From assembly GCA_030141605.1 (NCBI GenBank), contig JAQGDQ010000014.1, forward strand, positions 682,001 through 746,000: a stretch of DNA of 64,000 nucleotides. Direction: 5' to 3'. The stretch comes from Tubiluchus corallicola. Its lineage: Eukaryota > Animalia > Priapulida. Both the position numbers and the translations under genes were made by a program. The notes under the pieces are model-generated. The model ran no database searches and was not told the DNA's origin. It saw only the letters and a list, made by a program, of their open reading frames with translations. Position 1 is the first letter of the stretch. Every line of letters begins with the position of its first letter. Shown piece after piece: positions 48,728-61,000 of the stretch.

Positions 48728-51700
48728 CTACGGGAAGTTGAGCCTGCAATTTGGCGGATCATGACAAGGTAGGTATTTAGGATTCCAAATATCTTGCCAC
48801 GACATAACTAAAGGCTTAGGGACATCCACTAAAGTCTTGTTGTGTTCTTCGATTAACTTATAAAGGACATCGAAAAGATTTTTGTCTTCGTCTGGAAGAC
48901 TGTCAACGCTTAACGGCCACTGTTCTGAAATGTCTTCTGCAATGTTAAAGATCAAAGGAGGGTCTTGTTTCTTGACATAATCTCCCTTACAAAGTCCATA
49001 CGGACAGGGAATTAATTTCGAATTGTCTTTAATACCACCGGGACAATCTCTAGCCATGTCTGCATCAGTGGTGTATGGTGTAGTAAAGAAGTGAACCTTG
49101 TAGTCTTTATAACGAACAGCAAACAGCTTAGCCTGGCAGTAATAATAGGTAAGCTTATGCGGGGATTCATCTACATCTTCAAGTAAAATGTCCTTGATAG
49201 ACAAACCTAAAAAACAATAACGCATGAAGAACAAAATATACTGCTTAATATATCATTGTACTGACTAGTATTCTGATGAGAGACACTAAACACAGAAAAC
49301 TTAATAGGCACACACTCAGGGCCTTGTTCCAAATACTCTACCATCCGAAAGCTTCAATTAATACAACATGAAAGATTTTCATATAAATTCATAATTCATA
49401 AAAAATGTACTGCCCTTTATTGTCCCTATCGTCCCCAGCGGGCGTCATCAGCTGAGAAGACTGTGCTATATACTAATACGAGGGGGTGAAAGCTTCTGAA
49501 ATAATATATAATCATTGAGACTATAAAGGGCATTACGTTTTTTATGTTAAAAATGACAAATCTCAGGAGTACTCTCTCTTATTTTAAATTCATAATTCAT
49601 TGATAAACTTAAATACAGTCCCTCGTGGTGACTTGAATAGAAAACGAAAATTTGCAGCTAAGATCTTTGCCTTAGATTCTTCACTAGTTAACCTGAATTT
49701 CAGATTATTATTGAATTATAAAAATTAGTATTATTTATTTATTCTCAAAATCTGTATTATGTTTTATTATTTGATTAGCATTAAATGGGTTGCATTTGTA
49801 GTACTTTTGAATTATCACTCAATACTATTTCACAATAGTAGTCGCAAAAAAATAGCAATAGCAATAACAATGTTTAAAAACGCACCATCTAGATAAACTC
49901 CTTCTGGAAAAGGAACTCCTGCGATTTCCAACAATGTTGGAAAGATGTCCATTGTATTTACTACTGCTGATGAAATTTTACCACTTGGAATCTTGCCAGG
50001 CCAGTGTGCTATGGCAGGTACTCGCAAACCCCCTTCCCATGTACTCGCTTTTTCGCCTATACGTTGGAAAAAAGTGCATCGTTATACTACGAGACGTCTG
50101 AGCAAACATACAATTAACAAGCTATCTTATGAAATGATGTCATTGTTTATTAGAGGATTGAAAATGAAATAAAGATATATTATCGATGAGACTAACAGGA
50201 CACCGTAACGAAAATTAACAGTAAAAATTATCTTTGAACTTGTATAATAAGCAGTAGCAAGCTACATAATAGGATATATGATATCTATTAATATATTGCG
50301 TAGTGACGATTATTATACATCTAAACACAACGTTAAAACAAAGTGGGTGTTTTCAAACCTTTCAGCGGTCCAGTGGAACCACCTTCACGGCAATAATCTA
50401 TTGTTGGGCCATTATCTGAGACAAATAATGACAATGTGTTCTCCCGAATGTGCAGTTCTTCAAGAAGATCGAGTATTTCTCCAATAACCCATCCCATTTC
50501 CTGCATGTTATCTCCGTATATACCTATATATTAACATATCCTGGAGTAATAACAAAACAAATTAACGAAAAAAATTATAACTTCAGTAAGTCCAAAAAAG
50601 CCCCTTAGCTCATGAAAAGCAAAACGAAATCCTGTTTTTACCCAATACCTCGCCTAGAAGATCCTTGAAATCTTTTCGTCACTGTGAGATCAACATGTCC
50701 ATGATTTAGTGGCAAGTACAAGAAGAATGGTTTAGAATCTTGAACCTGTGTTCTGATGAAACGTTTGGCATCGTCTAGCATGCGCAGCATCATTGTTTCT
50801 AAATTTATGGGTTGTTGGATCAAAGTGTCGTTGAAATACAGAAAGCAGTCACCACCAACCGGTTCATTTACATGCAGCTGAAATTATAGAACAATCAGAA
50901 TCATTAAAAACGCTAGATTATACCCTAATGTTGCTACGCTCTGAGTTATTACTGTCCTATAACTGAACAATATAAAGAATGTCATACGGTACCTATCATC
51001 ATTCATTCATCACCGAGAAGCCCGAAAAGTATAATATTTATCAGCTGCACAAAGTAAAAAATTTCAATATCCAGTACTAATTAAGAAGTTAACAGATGAA
51101 AAAAGAAAGAAGTACAACAAACACCCAGATATGGTCCAGAATCCACTTGAAAAAGTGTATTAAAAAGTGGACATAAGAAATACGTCATCACGCGTACAAT
51201 GCCACATGTTGAGTGCAATGAAAACGGCACAAGAGTTCCAACCCAGTCAAAACCGTGATGATGGGGCAGATGACTTCCATCGCTTGTATTAAACTCATTT
51301 ATGCCTGAAATTTGAAAATGTTTCATTTTGATATAAAAACAGCATAGGCTGACCAGTTATTTTTAAATATGACACTAAGTGATCACATCCACGTTGTCTT
51401 CATAAAAATAACTCAGAATTTTACGTTAAAGTCCGTATTTAGTTACCTAGATGCCATTTCCCTACTATTCCAGTTTTGTAACCAACATCTCGTAAAGCTT
51501 CGGCTACTGTGATTTCTTCTCTTGGTAAACCTACATTATGACCTGGTCCTAGAATACGTGATTCACCGATCAAGCCAGTGCGCAAAGGAAGTCTGCCTAG
51601 AAGACGTAAAAGAACAACTGTAATTAGAATGTCATTTGTAACATTTAGTTGCTATCTGTAACTTAATTTTTACTAGTAATTGAACCTAAATACAAATTTA

Positions 51701-52740
51701 ATAAAAACTACAAAGGATTTTTAAGCAATGTCTGTACATGATTAAAACACAATCATTGCAAGCAACAGCGATTACAGACAAGTTATTGAAACTTGATTCA
51801 TCTAAAACTCTTTTTCTAGACAAAAATTAAGAACGTGGTTTCACGTTATTGAGTGTAATGTTCATGTCGACTGTTTACGTCATTTTACAATTACTGTTTG
51901 TTGTGACCTTTCAGCTTTCGTAGCAAAAATAGCTTACTGTTCCAGTTGGCATTTTCTTCCAAAATAAAGGTGTTATTTCAACTTATTTGGATTATATCTG
52001 ATGTTAAATTATTTTACTGTTGTTCATTTACGTTGTTCATTTATTTCAATGTTCAAAATGGCGCCACTGCTGTCAATAAAGACGGCGAACAAGAAAACGA
52101 ACGAGCGACATCAGAACTATATGTTATCTTTGAATTGTAATGTTAATTTAAACTTTGTTATTATCTGTGTGCCATCTGTCCAAAATTGTACGAAATAAAC
52201 CGGTATTTGATTAATTAATTGAAAACGAGAATCGTAGCAACAATATCAGACACTTTCATGTTATTGTCTGTATCCGCATACAAATAAAAACTCTTGCCAT
52301 CTTAATGCTTGCTAATTCTAAGTCTACAAACTGTACTGTACTGTACTGTACTGTACTGCATTGCATAGTATTGTTTAGTATTTATTCCTTCCACTTGATT
52401 ATATTTTATCTAATCTCAATAATATTCGAGTATGCCTACCTGTTAAAAGAGCAGCTCTACTAGCAGTACAAATGCTATCACCCGAATACCACTGTGTAAA
52501 TCTTATTCCATCTGTAGCCATCTTGTCCACTCTGTTCCACTCTTGAGAGGGGTGACCGTACACGGACAAATCGCCATAACCAACGTCATCAACGAAGAAT
52601 AGCACAAAATTTGGTCTAGACTTTTTATTTTCGCATTTGTTGCTATCACTGTCCCTACAACTGCCAGCCACTACATTCAAACTGTTGCAGAACAGGAGCA
52701 AAGTTGGTACTAGTACATACAAGATATAGCGCAACATCAT
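48728..52740 (-). CDS. Arylsulfatase (sea urchin ARS/ARSA-like), 533 aa; exons 52440-52740, 51447-51596, 51198-51304, 50649-50877, 50359-50523, 49886-50056, 48728-49206
   Basis: Phase-compatible GT-AG exons summing to 1602 nt; signal peptide, [72 protein letters not shown]. Confidence 0.95.
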
Positions 52741-54858
52741 GGTTCCTAAAGAGGAGTGCAAACTCAATACGTCACCTGTAATTCGACTTTAACATATCAC
52801 CTCCAGTCCTTTTTTTAAAAATGCAAAGAAAAATCGACTGTTTAAGTCATGAATTTTCCGCTTATTCGTTATTATGCTACATAACGTTTTTTTCACAGTT
52901 TTTTCACTGAGACTGGTACTCTTGATGCAGAGCGATGAATTAAGTAAACTGTAAACAATTAGGTAAACATATTGCACATTCGTTACAAGTACGGTTAGCG
53001 GTGCAGTATATAACATAACATGAAATGTCATATAAAATGCAAGACGAAAATGTGATACTCCTTTCAGACAGGCTTTCCTGTATAAAAGCGTACTTAGTAG
53101 GCAGTTGGAACTTCGATCTTTGTAGTAGTTCTGTGTTTGCGTATCGAACCGTGAGTATATTTCAAGGTTATCTAGGATACTTAGTTCAAGCAATTTATAC
53201 ACAGTTAGAAATTTGCTACTGACCTAAAATTTCCGCATGGTCAGCATGAGCTACACGAAGAATGTATTAAAAAATATGTGTAAAGCAATGAAAAAGTCTA
53301 TGTTTTATATTGAGCTGAACAGGTGTGAATGCGCCTTATACTTGTGCATAGATATCATGCCAGCCAACCTACAACATTCCCGCGTTAAAACAGGAAGTCC
53401 AATAGCGCTATAGAGATTGGTTGACCTATTGGTTTCTTACACAGAAAAAGTTCTTTAGAGGCCAAATTATCGCGTGACGTCGTCAGTCATCGCAATTCAG
53501 CTATATAGTGTACTTCACACCTGTTTGCCTGCCCAGTGACGTGAGTTCTTGCTAGATCGTGTTTGAAGTCCTCGCTTTTGAGGTCTAAAATTTGGTTTGG
53601 TTTGCCTTTTTTCAAACTTTGAGTGCAAATCATGCAACCCCATATCACCTATGGTGGGTTGTGATGTCATCCACCATATCGTCCGCCTCAAAAGCGTGCC
53701 TGCCGAAGGTCTGACCAATGTACTGGTTACTGTATAGACGTTAGTATATATGAATAAACAGTAGAAGGTATATGAATGTATCTACAGTGTAAACACAAAA
53801 ATATTTATCAATACGTATATACATAAATGTAGTGATAGATGTGAACTCATATAACTCGATTCCCAATATAAGTAACATAACCATGACGTGGATATAAGTA
53901 ATAACTACGCGGTTTATTAATAAAATACATTATATATTAATATTATATATTATATATTAATATAGCATTATATAATGTTTTAGAATATATTATATTAAAA
54001 TTATTATTATATAATATATTTTAATATGTAACACATTATATATTAAAATTATATTAATAAAATATAATAAGCGTCGCATATATGCAAGCGTGACAACAAG
54101 GATGATGAGTTCTGCAGCCACCACCGGATTGCGTGTGTGACCGACATTTAAATACTTGCGTAACGTCATACTTACGTCACGTGTTTTGGGAAGGGGTTCT
54201 CACTACATAAATTTTCCACCAAAAGTGTTCATGTTGGCTACTTTTGCAATTGTTAAAACAACCAATTAGGTTACGAATCAAGGTACAAATTAGGATAGGT
54301 TACAATAGAATGGAACGGAAAGACGGAACAGGATGAGGTTGGAAGTCAAAACGCTAGATGAGGGAAACAGAAGGTAATGTGACACGTTTGGATACTATAT
54401 TGTTATAGAATTCTCCGTTTGTGTGTCTCTCAAGATATTCAGTGTCACTTTCGATGTTTCACGTGCCATTTGTGGTCTCTGTGTCGCACAAAAATCTTTA
54501 TTTTAGACGTTTTCTCTGCCTCTTTTGTCAGTTTGTAGTTCTGTAATTTTTGTGCCATCTCTGAATATTTTACTTCAGATTTGAATGCAAATTGAGCTTC
54601 CACCAGTGTTCAGGTTGGCATTCTGGATGCTCTTCTGTGCCTCTTTTGTCAGTTTCGCGTCATATTTGGTGTTCTTGGTTACATTTTAACGTCAACTCAA
54701 CTGCGTACATATCTCCAGTAACTGCCTGGATATTTTTTATCCAACTTGATTTTTATCTCACTCCTGTGCTCGCATTTTTTACGATGATGAAACGTTTAAG
54801 TCCTAATTAGCTGCTCTGTTTTACTTCATTTTAGATGATCAAGATCATACCTCGATGA

Positions 54859-54964
54859 TGTGGGAAGGAAAGACATAAATGAAGAGATGGTCAACAACAG
54901 GAATGCGTGGAGAAGACTCATTCACAACGGCGACCCCGCATAGGGAAAAGCTGGGAAGAAGAAG
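54859..54964 (+). mobile_element. Very short RTE-like LINE 3' insertion with target-site duplication
   Basis: Encodes ...NRNAWRRLIHNGDP, (GAA)n tail; flanked by AAGATCATACCTCGATGA (54841-54858) and AAGATCACACCTCGATGA (54965-54982). Confidence 0.85.
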
Positions 54965-55092
54965 AAGATCACACCTCGATGAACCTTGCCACGTATGGAT
55001 ATATTTTACATAAGTTACGTCGCTTTACGAGCCATAGGTATGAAGTCACAGATCGGCCAAGTCTTGACGAACAGTCAAGTTTACACATTAAA

Positions 55093-58000
55093 TCACGGAT
55101 AGTTAAGCTTGCACTTTGGTGGTTCATGGCAGGGCACATGCTGGCGATTCCAAAAGTCATCCCAATCCATCTTTAGTGGCTCGCGGACATCTGCTAAGGT
55201 TTGCCTCTGTTCTTCAATTAGTCTGTTAACAACATCAAGTATATTTTTATCGCCATTGGGGAGACTGTCAACAGTTAGTGGCCATTTCTCTGAAATATCC
55301 TCTGCAATATTAAAAATCAAAGGCGGATCCTCCATCTTGACGTAATCTCCATCACAAAACCCATACTGACATGGGATCAGTTTGGACTTCATGCGAAATC
55401 CTCCTGGGCAGTCTCTGATCATGTCATCATCAGATGTGTAAGGTGTAGTGTAAAAATGGATTTTGTACTGCTTATAACGTACGGCAAACAACTTATTCTT
55501 GCAGTAGTAATAGGTTAGATCATGTGGCGATACTTCAGTTTTGCCAAACAGAACATCCCTGATGGATTTTCCTAGAAAAGTTTAAAAACGGTACAAGATC
55601 ATTAAAATCTCTAGCTAGTTATTAATCGCAAACAAATCTCAAGTAGAAATGGATGCTGCATGCACTACATACTAGGAGGCGGTAGTAGTGGTTGTGGTGG
55701 TGAAGGTGGGCGTGGCGGTGACGGCGGTGGTGTTTCTGTGATAATGAAATAAATAATCTGCTATGCTATTTCGTTAAAGAAGCTTCTATAAACACCTCAC
55801 CTCAATGCTAAGATATGCATGTCTATAAGTTCAATTTCTCGCTTGGAAAAGTATAATATACAATACAAAACACAGTAATTTTTGTTGACGTTTCGAAGCA
55901 CCAGTCTCCCTATTCATAATTGTTACTCAATGATATGTATGTATTAAGAATATTGTGTCCGATAATTTGAAACGTCAACAATAATTATATATTACAATGT
56001 TTTCTATTATCTGTGTATCTAATCTTGCTTTTATTAGAAGTTTATACCCGATAATGACTACGTTCTACCATTAATTAACCATATACATGTAGTTTAGTGC
56101 TGAATGCCTGCTGTATAAAAATCTGTTGACTAGAAATAGTTTTTGTCACATTATGAACTGACATGACAGATTAGAAATGTATGCTTTTACAAACGAAGTG
56201 GAGAACTGAACACTTGGTGAAAGTACAGAAATTGAAACAATTTACAACAATGTCTCAACGAAGTTATACAAATACTGGCAATTCACAAATTCACAAATTC
56301 ATAATTCACGAAAAATAAACTAGTGAATAATCAATATGAACCGTACCATCTAAATGTACACCTTTTGGCAAAGCTATATTTGCAATGTCTAACAAAGTTG
56401 GAAATATATCCATCGAATTGACAACTGTGCTTGAAACTGTTTCAGATGGAATCTTGCCAGGCCAGTAAGCCACAGCAGGTACCCGGAGACCTCCCTCCCA
56501 TGTAGAGCCTTTCTCTCCTACATGAAAACCGTTTTACAAAGTATGCCATGTGAAGATTAGAAAGTGCAAACATTGAAACTGCATAATAATGATATTTAAA
56601 GAAAAGGACAAGCCTTCCAGAAAGTTCGGCTTATTTCTATGTTCGCAGAACAACGTTAGAAGGATTTAGTAATAAAACTACAATAAGCGCCTCGGGTAAA
56701 TAGTAGAATCAATTTAAATTTGCGATCACTTCATGCTAGGGCGCTCCCATTTTGAACACCATTCCCAAATGACGTCATTCGTCCTGAAGAAAAGCACAGC
56801 GCACTGTCAATCGTCGTCGAAAGTATAATAAGTTTTTACAAAAAGATTAGATAGCTGATTTTGTAACGTGTTGCGTGAATATTAGGTAACCTGCAGAAGT
56901 TTAAACTAGTTTAAGCAGCGCGTGTTCACGGAAAGCCACGATGCGCTTACGAAAAGTCACTAAATCACCCAGTTGCGTCTTAATTTTCAAATGAATGGCG
57001 GCAGTCACCACACAGGGAGACTTCTATTCAGAAGTAGTATAGTTTAGATTTATGCTTTATAGAAAGTTTTTGCGAATTTCTTTGTTATATTTTTCTAAGT
57101 TTAAGTGATAACAGTAAAACAAACCCAACATACTGAGTGATTTGTTCTTTCCTTTAACTGAAGCTGCTGTAACAAACAAACTGGCAACACAAGCCTCTTA
57201 TGAGGCTTTTGTCTCCGACTGCAAGTAACAAACTATAACTAGATAATAAAGATAAAAAAGCTAATGCCGTTTGTAGTCCCATGAATTATTATTTCATAAT
57301 TCACCGTAGCGGGCATCATCAGCTGAAAATTATAGATAAAATGTTAAAAAACAGTGTGCACCAGTGTAAGACAAGAATATTAAAAAAGCAAAAATACTAG
57401 CTTAAAATTCTGTTATAACGTGGTTTCAGTGGGTGCACTTTCCTGTCAATCGATACTACATACTTTTCATCTAGCTCGATGGTTTACGACTTGTAACAGA
57501 TTTTTGGACCCAGTAGGCGCCATCTTGGATTTATATGCATATCTAAAAAGTTCCAAAGCCGATTTTGGCCGATTTTTGTTGTGGGTACCTGAGACCATGT
57601 TTTAACTGAATCTGAAGAAAAAAATTCTATTGCCATTTGTTCCAGGTACCACCTTACTAGGGAGCTATCTTTACCCATCTATTACAGAAGTTAAGATGCA
57701 TGTCAATAGCCAGGAATTACCTAAGTCATTACACGTTCAACTAACGTACTTGCATGGAATTTGCATGGGTTTGTGCATCAGCTTATTCCCTTAATCCCGT
57801 TATTTTGGTAGAGCCAGAATGTCCAACAGCATATTATTGACATCAAATGTTGTTTGTAATTATTACTAATTAAAGTTGTGATAATTAACAAAGCAATTTT
57901 GCTAACCTTTCAATGGCCCGGCTGTGCCTGCTTCACGACAATAATCCCTTGTTGGACCATTGTCTGAGAGGAAAAATGACAATGTATTTTCATGAACATT

Positions 58001-61000
58001 CAGTTCTTCTAGTAGATCAAGAATTTCTCCAACAAACCAACCCATTTCTTGCAAATTATCTCCATAAATTCCTGAAATTTAATGTTGTCAATAAAGTTTT
58101 CCTTTCAAGGTTTCAGCAAGTCCACCTATGTCTCGTTATTATCACCCAACATGACTGGTATCACTACTCATCTCCAGAGCTGGAAAGGTTATAAAGCTTG
58201 ACCCCTAACGAAGTGATACGTAGACTTCATCCCACAAACGATCTTGCCCCACCAATTTTATAATGACTCCCATATTTTAACAGAGTTGCTCTTACTAACT
58301 CGGTAAAATTCTGTTCTATATTAAGCTATTTAGTATTTACAAAAACAATATTTATGCCGGAATAGCTGATAGCCCTGCAATTGATGAACTTTATTAACAA
58401 TTCCGAATTAGTCCACTATTTTACTGTTCTTCCTTTTTCACACGTAATTCTATTAATTCTTGAGACATTAAGAATTATTTATATGTGTTCAAGTTTTGAC
58501 TTTTGTAGTTCAAAAGGTTATTGGACGAAAAGAAAATTCGAGCATTCACAGTGTGTGCTTAGCGGAAAAGTTAAGCAGCATACTACCTAGTTAGTAAATG
58601 AATGAATAATCACTGGGAAAACTGTGGTTTAGTCGATCACGGTTCGGGGAGTGCAACACTGTATAAAAAAGGAACGTTAAGGGCAGCAGACTGTGTGACT
58701 TTTACAGTCTTTTTTTACTATCCTTTCTCTAATTTTTCTAACTACTTATTGTAGCATAATTTACTCATTGATCCTGTGATGTTCTATTACAGCACTTAAA
58801 AAGAGATAAATAAATAATTGAATTTAATTAAATAAGCAAGCAAATGTTTTCTTAACAAAATATCAAATGAGTCAAAAACACACTTGGTAGGTTTTTTGTA
58901 TCAAATGGAACCTGCATTAAACCTTTACCCAAATGAACCACTACAAAAAAGTGGCCCAAGAGACCACTTAACTCTTAATTTACCCTGTTTCTCCGTTAAA
59001 TCTTCACATCGGGTAAAATGACTGACTTACTTGCGCGTCATTAAATGAGTGCAGCAAACACGTAAAACGTTAATGCACTGAAATTTACCTAAACAGCATT
59101 TACCTCTTTTTGACGATCCTTTGAATTTTGGAATAACGGTGAGATCAAGATGTCCGTGATTCAGTGGTAGATACAAGAAGAATGGATTAGAATCTTCAAC
59201 TTGAGTTCTGATGAAACGTTTAGCATCGTCCAGCAGACGGAGCGTCAATGTTTCTAAATTTATGGGTTGTTGTATCAAAGTGTCGTTGAAATACAGAAAA
59301 CAGTCAGCACCAATTGGTTCCTTTACATGCAGCTGAAAAACGCACTACCATAGTATACAGTACCTAAATTTTGCAATTATTAGTCTAAGAATAGAGTGCA
59401 ATGTCTACTGTGTATCTGTAGTATATATACAACCATGTTTATAAAATTATAGAAAATTATTAAATACAATATCAGAAGAAGGAGATAAATCATCAGCAAG
59501 TTTCTCTTTCGTTACCAAAAACATGAGCATATTTTGAGACAAAATATAAAAGAGAAAATGTCAAATAAATGTTTCATAAATTTTTGAACAAATTTCTAGC
59601 TAATTGCTTGTCAACTTATAAATGAAATTGCAAAATTGCAAGTCATTTCACCACATTCTTTCTTATATGAGCTCTTGTCTTATTTAACTAGTTCAGACTC
59701 GATCTGTGCGAAGACATATTCTCTATAAACCGTAGAGAACGTATCGTAAAGCTAGATATGCTGACTTCTACCTATGCAAAATAGCTGAGGTTTGGAATAA
59801 TATCCTACCATCTAATGTGAGGCTTGCAAGATATTTGAATCAGTTCAAGGCATGGATAGATGAACATTATAGTGATCATCTCTTTAAATCTAATCCAAAA
59901 GCTTCTACTGCACTTCCGCCTAGTTATTTGCCAGAGTACTTTGTTTACAGGTAATCTAGTTAATATTGTTTTTGTGTGACTGTGCGCCACAGGTATTTGT
60001 TATATTCTAAACTTCTACAGTTCTATGAACCATATAAATATAAGTGTACTACTTATAGTATAGTGTACGTATAGTGTACTACTTACAAAGATTAATCTTT
60101 TGCGGTAAATTGTTGTTGAACAGTATTATCCAGAGCGTACCTTTCCGCATGTTGCATGTAATGTCCATGGTAGAATGGCTCCAACCCAATCGAAACCATT
60201 GTGGTGGGGCAAATGATTTCCATCACTCGTATTAAACTCGTTAATACCTGAAAATCAGTTGATCTGGCTTTCTCGTTTCTATATTTTATTTAATATTCCA
60301 GCATTATAATCAAATAATAAGAATAAGAATAATATCGATTTTATTGCCTAAAATCCGTACAAATTTGCTCTTCGGTGTACAAACAGTTAAAATTGACTGC
60401 AAATCTACGAACCCGGCAAAACGTACACAGTCACACGTAAATTTTTAAAAACTAACATTACTACGTTATACAAAAACGGGGTAAAATAACAAAAAGTTTA
60501 AAATCTTCTATGAATAAAAATGTTTTAATTTGGCGTTTAAAAACAGCAATACGTTGAGAGTTTTTAACCTCATCTGAAGGCATCATCATCATCCCGTTAT
60601 TCTTTATTTCCACTACAGGCTAAAAGAAGATCCTGAAAAGATGCTTTTATAAAGTTGTAAAGGCACTTTTCTTAAAATTGGGAAGCATAGTCAATCTTGT
60701 CAATTTGACTATGCTGAATCTGAAAAAATGGTGCCAGCGTGAAAGATTAGCGGAAAAGGATCGAAATCGCAAAACGAAAATTAGCCGCCATGTTTGTGCG
60801 CAAACTATGCATGTATCTTTGTATACATGTATGTTTGTATGTATGTACACACACGCACTCACGCACTCACGCACACACACGCACTCACGCACGCACGTAC
60901 GCACACGCACACACCACACACACACTCACGCACGCACGCACGCACGCACACGCGCACACGCACACGCACACGCACACGCACACACACACACACACACACA

